The notes beneath the pieces were generated by a model. The model was not told where the DNA came from and searched no databases. It saw only the letters and a program-made list of their open reading frames with translations. Source: an uncultured Akkermansia sp. (lineage in GTDB: Bacteria; Verrucomicrobiota; Kiritimatiellia; RFP12; JAAYNR01). Taken from it: a stretch of DNA of 64,000 nt. How positions within the stretch are numbered: the stretch's first letter is position 1; every line of letters starts with the position of its first letter. The stretch spans positions 41,240 through 105,239 of the forward strand of contig CAZDLY010000003.1 of assembly GCA_964506575.1 (NCBI GenBank), read 5' to 3'. Below are positions 14,393-23,434 of the stretch, piece by piece. The translations under genes and the position numbers were made by a program.

Positions 14393-16096
14393 CTACAGGT
14401 CGCCGACGTTGACGACGATGTCGTCATTCGGGCCTTTGGCGCTGGTCGCGCCGCCCGTGGTGATGCCGAACTCATCCAGGATCGCGGCGGCCTGGGTGGT
14501 CGGCAGGTTGCGGTAATAGACCATCAGTTGCAGCGCGGCGAGGCAGGTGTCCATCACCGGGCGGTCTCCATGCAGATCATCGTTCACCCAGTGTCCGATA
14601 TCCTGGGCCTGGCCGAGGTGGTTGGTGTAGACACCCTTCTCGATCATCAGCGCCTTCAGATAGTTGGGTTTCATCTTGGCGTTCCAGGTCTCCCACAGCT
14701 TGCCGCCTTCGTGAAATTTGGCCTGCGTGGCGTAATAATAATAATACTGGGTGCAGCTGCTGATGACGACGCCCGCCTTGGCGGTCCCCTCGGGTACGCG
14801 AACATCCTGGTTGTTGGCGCCCGGCTTGACGATGACCCCCCCCTTGACCAGATCTTCATCCTTGGCGGTGATCACCGGAATCCACGGCTCCATCACGGCC
14901 AGCGTGGCGCGAACCTCGGTTCCCTTGCCCGCCCCGAGAAGCTGGAGGCAGAGCGTACCGACCGCCGATAGCCCGCTGGCGCCTGGCTTGTCATAGTTGA
15001 ACCCGCCGCCGCTCATGTAGTTGCACTGGAACCCCTTGATCGCCTTCTTGAGCGCCGTTTCGAGGGCCGGTTTGTTGGTGTAGGCATTGGACAAGGAGGC
15101 GGCCTTGAGCGCCTGCGCGCACCATCCCATGTAGGAGACGTCATTGCGTCCGGTGGGCTTGGCTTTATAGTCCCAGCCGCCCGACGGGTTCTGGCCTTTA
15201 ATCAGCGCGTCGATCGCCTTCCCGGCCGCCTCCTTGACATCCGGGTTCATGGTCATGCCATAGGCCTCGCACAGCGCGTAGGCGGCCATCGGCAGCGAAT
15301 ATTCGTTGCCATCGCTATTGACGAAGTGACCGTCGGGCCTCTGCGTGCTGATGAGATAGTCGATGGCTTTCTTGACCGTCTCGCCGAATTCGGGGCTGCT
15401 GGCGCCGGGTTTCTCGCCATGCGCCAGGAACGAAAGGAGGGCCAGCGCCGTCATGGCGGGCTTGACCTTGTTCCATGAACCGTCGGCATTCTGGTTCTTC
15501 TTGAGCCAGCGGAGGGCGGCCATCACCGCCGCCTCGGTCTTGGGGTCGCCGCCGAACTTATCCCTCAACTTGCCTCGCATGCCCGGATCCCGCGTCGAGC
15601 CGAAGATGTTGCGCATGATCACGGGGCTTTTGACCTGCAGCACCGTATCCACGGAGGCCGGCTGCTGGGTGATGGGCGCTGCGGTGGTGGTGGTGATCGG
15701 CGTGTCAATTGGCACGGTCACATCGGTTTCGATCTGAATGTCGGTCTCGATGGGGTCCGTTTCGATCAGCTTTTCCTCTTCCTGTTCCAGCTCCTTGACC
15801 TCCTTGGTCTCCAGAATCTTGACCTCGACCTCGTAGGTGTTGCTGATCTTGCCGGTGGCCAGAACGGCCATGAGCACAATCGAAACCAGCGGGATCATCA
15901 CCGCACAGGCCGGTGCCGCGAGGCGTTGAACCTCGATGCGGGCCGACTTGAACTCACGGCTGTCGCGCGGGCAGCCAAACCCGCTGATCATTTTCCTGAT
16001 CCGGGTGAAGTAGCTGTCCTCGTTGAACAGATCGTTGATCTCTTTAAGCGCTTGATCCTCTTTGGCGAGGATTTCGTCTTTGATCGGATCGTTCAT
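14393..16096 (-). CDS. Paralog C: membrane-anchored toroid-domain protein, first gene after exbD in the ExbB-ExbD-ExbD operon
   Basis: 567 aa, ATG at 16096 with a GAAGGAGG RBS, 40 nt downstream of the exbD stop. The N-terminal 210 aa are about 85% identical to paralog A and the rest is 100% identical. Confidence 0.85.
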   Translation of the reverse strand: MNDPIKDEILAKEDQALKEINDLFNEDSYFTRIRKMISGFGCPRDSREFKSARIEVQRLAAPACAVMIPLVSIVLMAVLATGKISNTYEVEVKILETKEVKELEQEEEKLIETDPIETDIQIETDVTVPIDTPITTTTAAPITQQPASVDTVLQVKSPVIMRNIFGSTRDPGMRGKLRDKFGGDPKTEAAVMAALRWLKKNQNADGSWNKVKPAMTALALLSFLAHGEKPGASSPEFGETVKKAIDYLISTQRPDGHFVNSDGNEYSLPMAAYALCEAYGMTMNPDVKEAAGKAIDALIKGQNPSGGWDYKAKPTGRNDVSYMGWCAQALKAASLSNAYTNKPALETALKKAIKGFQCNYMSGGGFNYDKPGASGLSAVGTLCLQLLGAGKGTEVRATLAVMEPWIPVITAKDEDLVKGGVIVKPGANNQDVRVPEGTAKAGVVISSCTQYYYYYATQAKFHEGGKLWETWNAKMKPNYLKALMIEKGVYTNHLGQAQDIGHWVNDDLHGDRPVMDTCLAALQLMVYYRNLPTTQAAAILDEFGITTGGATSAKGPNDDIVVNVGDL

Positions 16097-16136
16097 GGTG
16101 ACCTCCTTCGAACCCGAACAGAGGACCTGTTTGGGC

Positions 16137-16544
16137 TCACATACTGAAGATTGCCAGATTCGTTAGTTGTAGTTTATGACAAATATCCAAAGTTTGCACT
16201 AAATATTTGTGGGGCGAGTCTCCGGTGCAGCGGAGCACCACGCTGACCTTCTTGTCATATTCAGCGATGCTGGTCAGTCGTCGCTCCAAAAGCGCCTTGG
16301 AGACCGGGGCGCCGCGGAAGATAAAGCCCGTTTTGTTGATCTCGATGTTCAACACATTGGGTTGCACCGTGGGCGAGGCGTTGGGATCCGCCGCTGGCGC
16401 GGAAGCGGAGAGCATGGAGTAGATGTCCTCCTGCTTGATGGTGACGATGAAGAAGATCAACAACTGGAACACGACGTCGATCATCGGCGTCATTTCAAGC
16501 TGGGGCTGGTCGTTGGTGATGCGTCGCTGTCTTTTGGCTTTCAT
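16137..16544 (-). CDS. exbD: Biopolymer transport protein ExbD/TolR
   Basis: 135 aa with an MTPMIDVVFQLLIFF N-terminal TM motif typical of the ExbD/TolR family, and an AAGGAGG RBS. Confidence 0.9.
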   Translation of the reverse strand: MKAKRQRRITNDQPQLEMTPMIDVVFQLLIFFIVTIKQEDIYSMLSASAPAADPNASPTVQPNVLNIEINKTGFIFRGAPVSKALLERRLTSIAEYDKKVSVVLRCTGDSPHKYLVQTLDICHKLQLTNLAIFSM

Positions 16545-16547
16545 GCA

Positions 16548-17006
16548 TCAGCCTCCTTTCTTCTTCCCCGTGTGATCAAAGATCGCCATAAACGACAGCT
16601 TCCAGATGCCGGCCTCGGTGCAGATCGACATGACGCGCCTGACTTCCCGGTGCGGCACCCGGTGATCGGCCCGGATGAGGACAGGGAAGTTGGTGTTGCG
16701 GTTTTTGTTGACGCGCCTCGCCAGAATGTCCCGCAATATCGACTCGCTCACCACTGCGTTGTTGATGGAGATGCGGTAGCCGCCAGCGAAGGGTAATCTG
16801 CGCCCCAGCTCGATGATCAGCGTTTGCGGGGGCATCTCCTTGACGATCGCGCCGTGCCGGCCATCCTCCAAGACGATGTCCTCGTACACGTTGTCGGTCA
16901 TCTTCATCGTGACGACGAAAAAGATGATCAACTGGAACACGACGTCGATCATCGGCGTCATGTTCAGATCGCAGCCGGCGGATCGGACTTTTCTAACTTT
17001 TCCCAT
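16548..17006 (-). CDS. exbD: Biopolymer transport protein ExbD/TolR
   Basis: 152 aa with the MTPMIDVVFQLIIFF motif and a GAGGTG RBS, 7 nt after the exbB stop. Confidence 0.9.
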   Translation of the reverse strand: MGKVRKVRSAGCDLNMTPMIDVVFQLIIFFVVTMKMTDNVYEDIVLEDGRHGAIVKEMPPQTLIIELGRRLPFAGGYRISINNAVVSESILRDILARRVNKNRNTNFPVLIRADHRVPHREVRRVMSICTEAGIWKLSFMAIFDHTGKKKGG

Positions 17007-17015
17007 CTCCGCACC

Positions 17016-17870
17016 TCAATCGTTCACGACCTCGACGTTGCGCAGATCCTTGATCAGCTCCATGGTCATGGCCTCCATGCGGAGGACGAGCTTGTTGGCA
17101 TTGTTGCGGATGCCATAGTAGAAGGTGATGGCCGGGATGGCGACGACCAAGCCGCCGGCGGTCGTCCACAGCGCCTGGGCAATGGCGAGGGCCAGCGCGC
17201 CGACGTCGGGGGCCGCCGTGGCGATGTTTCCGAAGGCCATGATCATGCCCTGCACCGTGCCGAGCAGCCCGAGCATCGGCGCGAGATTGGCGCAGACCGA
17301 GATCCAGGTGAGGCGCTGCATCAGCCGTTCCGTCTCGAGATCGGCCGCCGTGCCGACGCTCTCCTGGATGATGTCGTAGCCCTCCTCCACGTGCGAGAAA
17401 CCGGCCGACAGGATGTTGGCCATCGCGCCGGGCTCGCTCTCGCAGGCTTTCAGGGCCTTGAGGACATCCCCCTCGGCCATGGCGCTCTTGACCTGGTCGA
17501 TCAACGTGCCGGGCAGCATCTTATGGGGGCGCACGAGAATCGAGCAGTCCACGATGAAGTAGATGGCCGCCGCGCCGCTTCCGAACAAAGCAACCCACAG
17601 CAGGAAGCCCAGGATTCCCGATCCCATCATGATGTCGTAGAAATTGGTGGCGCTCCGCTTTCTTGCTGCGGTGACCGGTGCGCCGCTCGAGGCATCGACG
17701 ATCGGCGCGCTTTCCAGCGCCGGGCCGGCCGCCGGGGCCGGCGCCGGGGCAACCGCCGGGGCCGCCGCTGGGGCAGCCGCCGGGGCCGCCGCCGCGCCAT
17801 CCTGGGCCAGAAGCGCCGGAGCGCCCAGCAGCGTCGCAAGCATCACCGCATTCATCACTAGTTTCTTCAT
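17016..17870 (-). CDS. exbB: MotA/TolQ/ExbB proton-channel family protein with an N-terminal signal peptide and an Ala/Pro-rich periplasmic extension
   Basis: 284 aa. The C-terminal half matches the ExbB/TolQ core (LGLLGTVQGMIMAFGNIA....ALWTTAGGLVVAIPAITFYY). The N-terminus is MKKLVMNAVMLATLLGAPALLAQ followed by AAAPAAAPAVAPAPAPAAG. AGAGGA RBS. Confidence 0.9.
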   Translation of the reverse strand: MKKLVMNAVMLATLLGAPALLAQDGAAAAPAAAPAAAPAVAPAPAPAAGPALESAPIVDASSGAPVTAARKRSATNFYDIMMGSGILGFLLWVALFGSGAAAIYFIVDCSILVRPHKMLPGTLIDQVKSAMAEGDVLKALKACESEPGAMANILSAGFSHVEEGYDIIQESVGTAADLETERLMQRLTWISVCANLAPMLGLLGTVQGMIMAFGNIATAAPDVGALALAIAQALWTTAGGLVVAIPAITFYYGIRNNANKLVLRMEAMTMELIKDLRNVEVVND

Positions 17871-18016
17871 GGTATCCTCTCGCCTTTCGTCGTTCGGCCG
17901 TGTGCCGACTTCGCGTTGTTACCCCTGCGTCGTGCGCCGGGCGCCCCGCCCGGCTTCTCCAAACGTGTCTCTCCGCCACGGCCGATCGCCAGACCGGCCG
18001 CCGGTCGCTTTTCCGT

Positions 18017-18823
18017 TCAGGGCTTGTTGGCCCATTCGCTGCCCGGGAATTCCTTGCGGATCGTCTCGCGGCGCTCCTGCGCGCGGGCTGTCATGCCCAG
18101 CTTCTCCAGGCTTTTGGCGGCCTTGTAGTTCGCTTCGGGCTGGACCTCCTTGACGCTGCGGTAGAGCGTGACCACCCGCAGGTAGCCGTCCTTCAGCGCC
18201 CGGGTGTGGTACTCCTGCGTGTCGCCGCCCTTCAGAATCAGGTCGCCGCGGAGGATGAGCGCGGTCGCCGAGGCCAGGCGATTGCCGCTTTTCACGGCCT
18301 GCCCCAGCAGATCGTCGAGTTTCGAGGTGCGGTTCTCGCGGAGCAGAATGCGCCAGTACACCGTGGCCAGATCGCCGATATAGGCGGCATCGGGACGGGC
18401 GGCGGTGATGCGCTCGATCGCCCGGATCGCCTCGCCGCCGTTGTTCGCCTGCAGATAGGCCTCCGCCAGCCAGCGGGCCGCCTCCTCGTCGTGCTGCAGC
18501 ATGAAATAGTCGGTGACGATCTTGTTCAGCGGCCCGATGGCCTCCGCGCCCTTGTTCTCGCGGACGGCCTTGATCGCCGGATCCAGCTCCCGGGGCCTGA
18601 CCACCGACAATTTCACCACATCGGCCAGCGCGATGGTGAGGTCAAACCCCTTGTCGGTGAGCACGTAGGACTTGCTGCTGCTCATCCAGCGCAACATCCC
18701 GGACCGCGGGCCGCTTTTCAGCGTGATGGTCCCCTGAACCTGCGCCCGGGACTCCGGGGCCGTCGACAACACGGCGAGCGCGGCGATGATCAGCGCGCAG
18801 CCACGCAATTGCATCTGTTTCAT
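18017..18823 (-). CDS. Secreted TPR-like protein (signal peptide)
   Basis: 268 aa from the ATG at 18823 (AAGGAG RBS 9 nt upstream), N-terminus MKQMQLRGCALIIAALAVLSTAPESRAQ. It lies 26 nt after the upstream TPR gene and 146 nt before exbB. Confidence 0.6.
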   Translation of the reverse strand: MKQMQLRGCALIIAALAVLSTAPESRAQVQGTITLKSGPRSGMLRWMSSSKSYVLTDKGFDLTIALADVVKLSVVRPRELDPAIKAVRENKGAEAIGPLNKIVTDYFMLQHDEEAARWLAEAYLQANNGGEAIRAIERITAARPDAAYIGDLATVYWRILLRENRTSKLDDLLGQAVKSGNRLASATALILRGDLILKGGDTQEYHTRALKDGYLRVVTLYRSVKEVQPEANYKAAKSLEKLGMTARAQERRETIRKEFPGSEWANKP

Positions 18824-18849
18824 GTTGGGCACTCCTTAAATCCTATCCC

Positions 18850-21800
18850 TTATTTATTGGACGCCAGCTCGATGTTCGCCTGATTCAGCCACGTTCGAAC
18901 CTGAGGCGCGTTGGGGCTGCTGGCAAAAGCGGCCAGATACTTCGCGCACGCATCGGCGGCTCCCTGGAACTTCTTGTGCTCCAGCTCAAGCGGGATGCTC
19001 AGCAGATAGGCCTGTTCGAGCACGGGGTCGGAAACGGCGCTCCCGGGAGGAGTCGCATAGATGAGCTGCTTGAAGGCCACGATCGCCTGGCCGCGGGTGA
19101 TGCCGGCCTGCTCATTGAGGCCCAAGGCTTTTTCGGCATTCAGCTTGCGGATCATCGTCCGGCCGACCTGAATATCGAGCGCCATCATGTCCTTGTTTTC
19201 TTTGCGGTAGGCGCGGACGAACTTGAACGCCTCCACGGCGCGGGTGAACAGTTTCTGCCGCCGGCCGTTGTCCTTCTCGGTCTCACCCTCGGCGCTGGCC
19301 GCGTCGGCGAGCATCAGGTAGGCATCGACCACGAGCGCCGAATTGGTGTAGGTCGCGACAAACGTGTCGAGTTCCGCGCGCGCCTCGGCGTATTTCTTCA
19401 TGCCCACGAGCGCCTGGGTCCGGCCCAGGCGCGCCTGCGCCTGCATCGCGGGATCCCGGGTCGCGGCGAGCACCCGGGCGAACCCCTGCAGCGCGCTGTC
19501 GCTTTCGCCCGCATCCACCAGCGCGCGCGCCGCCGCGAGGAGCTGGTAATCGGGGTAGACGTCGGCGCCCGGGCCCGCGAACATCTCCTTGTATTTGGCG
19601 ACCGCCTCGCTGCGCAGCCCCATCTCCATCAGGCTGGCGGCGAGCATCGGCACCGAGCTGCGGGCCTCCTCGGAAGCGGGGTAGTCCTGGCGCAACCGGG
19701 CAAAAGCCCCCTGCGCCTTTTCGCTCTCCTGGAGGACGGTGTAAATCGTGCCGACCCGGATCAGGGCATGGGGCGCATACGGCGACTGGGGAAACTCCTT
19801 CACAAAGGCCAGATAGGTCTCGATCACCTGGGGCCGGAGCTTGGCCACCGTCTCGGCGGGCGCAACGACCTGGGACAGGCAGGCGGCCCTCTGCAGGATG
19901 GCCTGCTGGCGGATCAGCACCGCCTGATTCGTGTCGATGGCGACGGTGGCTGGTATGGCGGCGAGGTCTTTCAACACCTGGCTGAACGCGAGGGCGGCCT
20001 GGATCAACTGCTCCGACCCCGCGATGCGCTCGACGTCGTTCGTGGCGGCATGCACGCGCGCCAGCGCAATCGTGCGGCTGGCCTGCGCGATGCGGGAGCG
20101 GGCCGACGTAATAGCCAGGCCGGGCTTCCCGGCCTGGAGCAGATGGGCCATGTAGGTGGCGAGGGTGGCGAGCTCGTTGGTGTAGTTTTGCCGCTGGCTG
20201 TGGAGGGCGGCGATCCGGCTCAGCGTCTCGCCATAGTAGGCCGACGCGGGATAGGCCTCGACCAGGCGGTTGTAATAGGCGAGCGCCCCGGCGGCGTCTC
20301 CGCCTTCGGCGGCCTGCGCGCCGAAGATCATCAGCTTCAGCGGCGCATCGGGATGACCGGGGAAATGGAGGAAGAAGAGGTCATAGGCCTGCTTGCGCTT
20401 GTCGGCCATCTGTTTTTCGCCCATCAGATCGGCCAGCCGCTCCACCTCGCTGCCCGCCTCCAGGGCCTGGGGCGACAGGGAGAACCGCTCGGCGAGATGC
20501 GCGGTGATCGTGACGGCGAGCAGGTCCTCGTAGCCGTCCTCGCCCCGCGACTCGAGGCAGGCCCTGGCCAGCTCGCCCAGGGCGGGCACGGACTCGGCCG
20601 TCTCCGGGAAGTGATTCAGAACCACGAGATACACCGGAATGCTCGCCGCAAACTGATTGTTGGCGAAGAGCTGGCGGGCCTCCTGAAACTGCTTGCGCCG
20701 CATCCGGTCATAATCCTCGGGCGTGAACTCGGGCTTGAGCTCCACCTTGAAGCGATCCTGGATGAAGGCGCGTATCCGCTGCTCGCGTTCGCCCGCTTCC
20801 ATCGCCCATTGGCAGTCGGGGAATTTGCCGATGACGTTGACCAGGTGCTGGTAGGCGCCGTTGGGCTTGCGCTTGCCGTCGGTGCCGCGCTCGCCGAGCA
20901 GCAGGGTCTTGATCAGTTCGTTGTCGCCGGCGGGGTCCTTGGCGATCTTCATCGCCTCGTCCTCGAGCATGACGGCGATGAGGAAGCGGCACTGGGCCAT
21001 GGGGCTCAGCCGGACGAGGCCGGTGGCCCCCTCGTCCCGCTCCTGGGCGACCAGCGCATCGTGGATCTGCTGCAGCACGTCCCGGTGCTCATCGATGAGC
21101 GACTGCGCCTTCGCGGTCTCGCCCCTCAAGACCAGACTGTGCGCCCGGGTGACGATCGCCTTGCCGAACCACATGTCCTGATCCCACAGCAGCTGGCTCG
21201 CCAGCTTGTCGGCCTCGGCGAGGAGCGCGACCTTCGCGGCCTTGACGGTCTCGGCTTCGGCCACCTTGACGCACAATTCGGCCGTGTCGGACTGCACCTG
21301 GCGCAACGCCTCGCCCGGCAGCTTCACCTGCAACAGCCGCCGGTAGGCGTCGAGCGCCCGTTTCTCCTGCCGCACGGCCAGCAGCATTTGCGGATATTTG
21401 TAGGCGCTGTCGAGATAGAACGACTCCACCTCGGGCGTGGGCTGCGGAAACCGCTTGAAGAACCCATCGTACAGTCCGAACGCCTCTTCGCTGCGGCCGA
21501 AGGCGTAGAAGCCATCGGCCAGCGCCAGCTTCATCACCCACGCCTCGGCGCCGTCGGGAGTGGGGTGGCGGGCGATCAGATCCCGGACTTTTTCGAACTC
21601 GCCCTGCGAGAGCATGCCGCGCAATTCCAGGATTTTCAGCGTGATCGCGGCGTCGGGATACCGCTTCTTGAGATCCTCGATCACCTTCGCCGCAAAATCG
21701 GGCATCCGCAGATCATCCTGCAACTGCCGGATATACTGCGTCTCCTGGGCGATGAACGCCTCTTTCTCTTTTGCGGGGTCGCCGGTCTGCGCCGACGCCG

Positions 21801-21873
21801 AAAAAGCCAGTAACGCCGCCGTGCCGGCCAGCGCCCCCCAGCCACCCACCGATGTGCGCAGGAATGCATTCAT
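18850..21873 (-). CDS. Secreted tetratricopeptide-repeat protein (about 1007 aa)
   Basis: Start taken at the ATG at 21873 (MNAFLRTSVGGWGALAGTAALLAFSASAQ signal peptide, AAAGGGGGG RBS). Helical-repeat composition throughout. The antisense ORF 18976..21813 is an artifact. Confidence 0.75.
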   Translation of the reverse strand: MNAFLRTSVGGWGALAGTAALLAFSASAQTGDPAKEKEAFIAQETQYIRQLQDDLRMPDFAAKVIEDLKKRYPDAAITLKILELRGMLSQGEFEKVRDLIARHPTPDGAEAWVMKLALADGFYAFGRSEEAFGLYDGFFKRFPQPTPEVESFYLDSAYKYPQMLLAVRQEKRALDAYRRLLQVKLPGEALRQVQSDTAELCVKVAEAETVKAAKVALLAEADKLASQLLWDQDMWFGKAIVTRAHSLVLRGETAKAQSLIDEHRDVLQQIHDALVAQERDEGATGLVRLSPMAQCRFLIAVMLEDEAMKIAKDPAGDNELIKTLLLGERGTDGKRKPNGAYQHLVNVIGKFPDCQWAMEAGEREQRIRAFIQDRFKVELKPEFTPEDYDRMRRKQFQEARQLFANNQFAASIPVYLVVLNHFPETAESVPALGELARACLESRGEDGYEDLLAVTITAHLAERFSLSPQALEAGSEVERLADLMGEKQMADKRKQAYDLFFLHFPGHPDAPLKLMIFGAQAAEGGDAAGALAYYNRLVEAYPASAYYGETLSRIAALHSQRQNYTNELATLATYMAHLLQAGKPGLAITSARSRIAQASRTIALARVHAATNDVERIAGSEQLIQAALAFSQVLKDLAAIPATVAIDTNQAVLIRQQAILQRAACLSQVVAPAETVAKLRPQVIETYLAFVKEFPQSPYAPHALIRVGTIYTVLQESEKAQGAFARLRQDYPASEEARSSVPMLAASLMEMGLRSEAVAKYKEMFAGPGADVYPDYQLLAAARALVDAGESDSALQGFARVLAATRDPAMQAQARLGRTQALVGMKKYAEARAELDTFVATYTNSALVVDAYLMLADAASAEGETEKDNGRRQKLFTRAVEAFKFVRAYRKENKDMMALDIQVGRTMIRKLNAEKALGLNEQAGITRGQAIVAFKQLIYATPPGSAVSDPVLEQAYLLSIPLELEHKKFQGAADACAKYLAAFASSPNAPQVRTWLNQANIELASNK

Positions 21874-22038
21874 AAGCGCCCCCCTTTTACACCAAATCAT
21901 CCGCGAGGGTCAATCTGATTTATTGCCGTTGCCGGAATTTTTTGAAGGGCCCTCTTTTTCTTGTTGCATGATCCGATGGTTTTGCGCTACCTTTAAAACC
22001 GACTCGACGTGTTTTGATTACAGAAACGTGAGGAAGCT

Positions 22039-23199
22039 ATGGGTAAAGTCCTGAGAGTGTTGATTGTCCTGATTCTGGTTATTGGCGCCGGAGCTCTCTT
22101 CTTGGAGTTTCAAATCAGCGGCATGCGCGAGGCGCTCGTGGGCCGGGCGCACAAGTTCGAGGACGGCATCAAGCGTGTCGCCGGCACCATCGAGGCGCAG
22201 CCGCCGGTCGAGATGCCCGCGCGCACCCTTCCCGAACGCGACATCTCCCCGGTGACCGCCGTCGAGAACCCCAACCCGGACAGGAAGACGTTCTGGAACG
22301 GCTATCCCTTCCAACTGGAACAGGACAACCTGACACCGCTCGATTACAACACCGACGCGATGGCCAAACAGTTGCGCCAGTACTATTTCGAGGAGTTCGA
22401 TGCGGCGAAGAACAAGCCGGTGCGCGCGCGCGACCCGCGCGACCCGCGCAAATACGCAACCAGCGGCAAGGGTACCCTGCAGGAGGCACTGGATAATCTC
22501 TTCACCCGCGCCAAGGCGCAAAATGAGACGCTCAACACGACCCGCGCGCAGTTGAAGAAGACGGCGGAAGAGCTGGTCGACCTGATCAACGAGTTCAACC
22601 GCCTCAAGCAGAGCAGCCGCGCCGACAAGAAGTCGCTCGAAGAACGGCTGGCGGAAATCACCCGGCTCGCGGGCGAGGTGGCCGACCGCGAGGCCAAGAT
22701 CACCAAGTTGGATGCGAAGATTCTGGATCTGGAGACGGAAGAGGCCCGATTCAAGGCCGAGTTTGCAAAAATGCAAGACACGATCACCTCCCAGGAGTCG
22801 TCCCTCACGGCCCAGGCGAAGCAGATCGAAAAGCTGGAGCGGGAGTGCGGCCAGGGATCGGGACCGAGACCCGGAAAACCCGGCGTCCCCGAAAACCTCG
22901 AAAATATGCTGACCCCCGGCGACAAGGGCAAGGTCGTCGCCCACGACGACACGCTCAAGTTCGCAGTGGTCGAGTTGTCGCCCGCGTTTATGAAGGAGCT
23001 GCTCGGCACGAATCTGGACCAGGCGCTGCCCCCGATCGAGATGATGGTCCGGCGGCCTGCCTTGAAGTCCGCCACGGGCGATTTCGTCACCCGCATCCGC
23101 CTCCGTCAGGTCGTCCGCGGCCAGGGGCTTGTCGTCGCCGATGTCCTCATCGACTGGCAGCAGCACCCGCTGGAGAAGGGCGATGTGGTTTACTTCTAA
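22039..23199 (+). CDS. Membrane-anchored coiled-coil protein, hypothetical
   Basis: 386 aa with a GAGGAAG RBS. N-terminal TM (VLRVLIVLILVIGAGALFL), then a K/E/Q/L-rich coiled-coil segment (TRAQLKKTAEELVDLINEFNRLKQ...LDAKILDLETEEARFKAEFAKMQD). The antisense ORF 22018..23346 is R/G-rich junk. Confidence 0.65.
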   Translation: MGKVLRVLIVLILVIGAGALFLEFQISGMREALVGRAHKFEDGIKRVAGTIEAQPPVEMPARTLPERDISPVTAVENPNPDRKTFWNGYPFQLEQDNLTPLDYNTDAMAKQLRQYYFEEFDAAKNKPVRARDPRDPRKYATSGKGTLQEALDNLFTRAKAQNETLNTTRAQLKKTAEELVDLINEFNRLKQSSRADKKSLEERLAEITRLAGEVADREAKITKLDAKILDLETEEARFKAEFAKMQDTITSQESSLTAQAKQIEKLERECGQGSGPRPGKPGVPENLENMLTPGDKGKVVAHDDTLKFAVVELSPAFMKELLGTNLDQALPPIEMMVRRPALKSATGDFVTRIRLRQVVRGQGLVVADVLIDWQQHPLEKGDVVYF

Positions 23200-23359
23200 G
23201 GCCGCGCCTGCGAGCCTCTGGGCGGGCATCGCCCTGCTGGCCCTGTCGGCCCTCCTGTCGGGGTGCATGAGCGACCCGCACGAGGGCGACCTCCCGTGGT
23301 CGCCCACCGCGACGTGGGAGGGAACCCCCGCCCTTCCCGGCGGCATGATGAAGCCGTAG
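23183..23359 (+). CDS. Small lipoprotein, hypothetical
   Basis: 58 aa from the ATG at 23183 (GAGAAGGG RBS). It has a lipobox (MWFTSKAAPASLWAGIALLALSALLSGC | MSDPHEG...) and overlaps the upstream gene by 17 nt. Confidence 0.35.
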   Translation: MWFTSKAAPASLWAGIALLALSALLSGCMSDPHEGDLPWSPTATWEGTPALPGGMMKP

Positions 23360-23434
23360 GGGAGGGTTCGGGCCGGCCTGTTTTATCTTGAACCCGGAAC
23401 CTTTTCCAGTCGGGCCGCCGGCCGGCCCCGGCGC

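Noticed and set aside
22018-23346. 442-aa minus-strand ORF
   Set aside because: Antisense to the coiled-coil membrane protein 22039..23199, which has an RBS and realistic composition. The minus ORF is R/G/L-rich.
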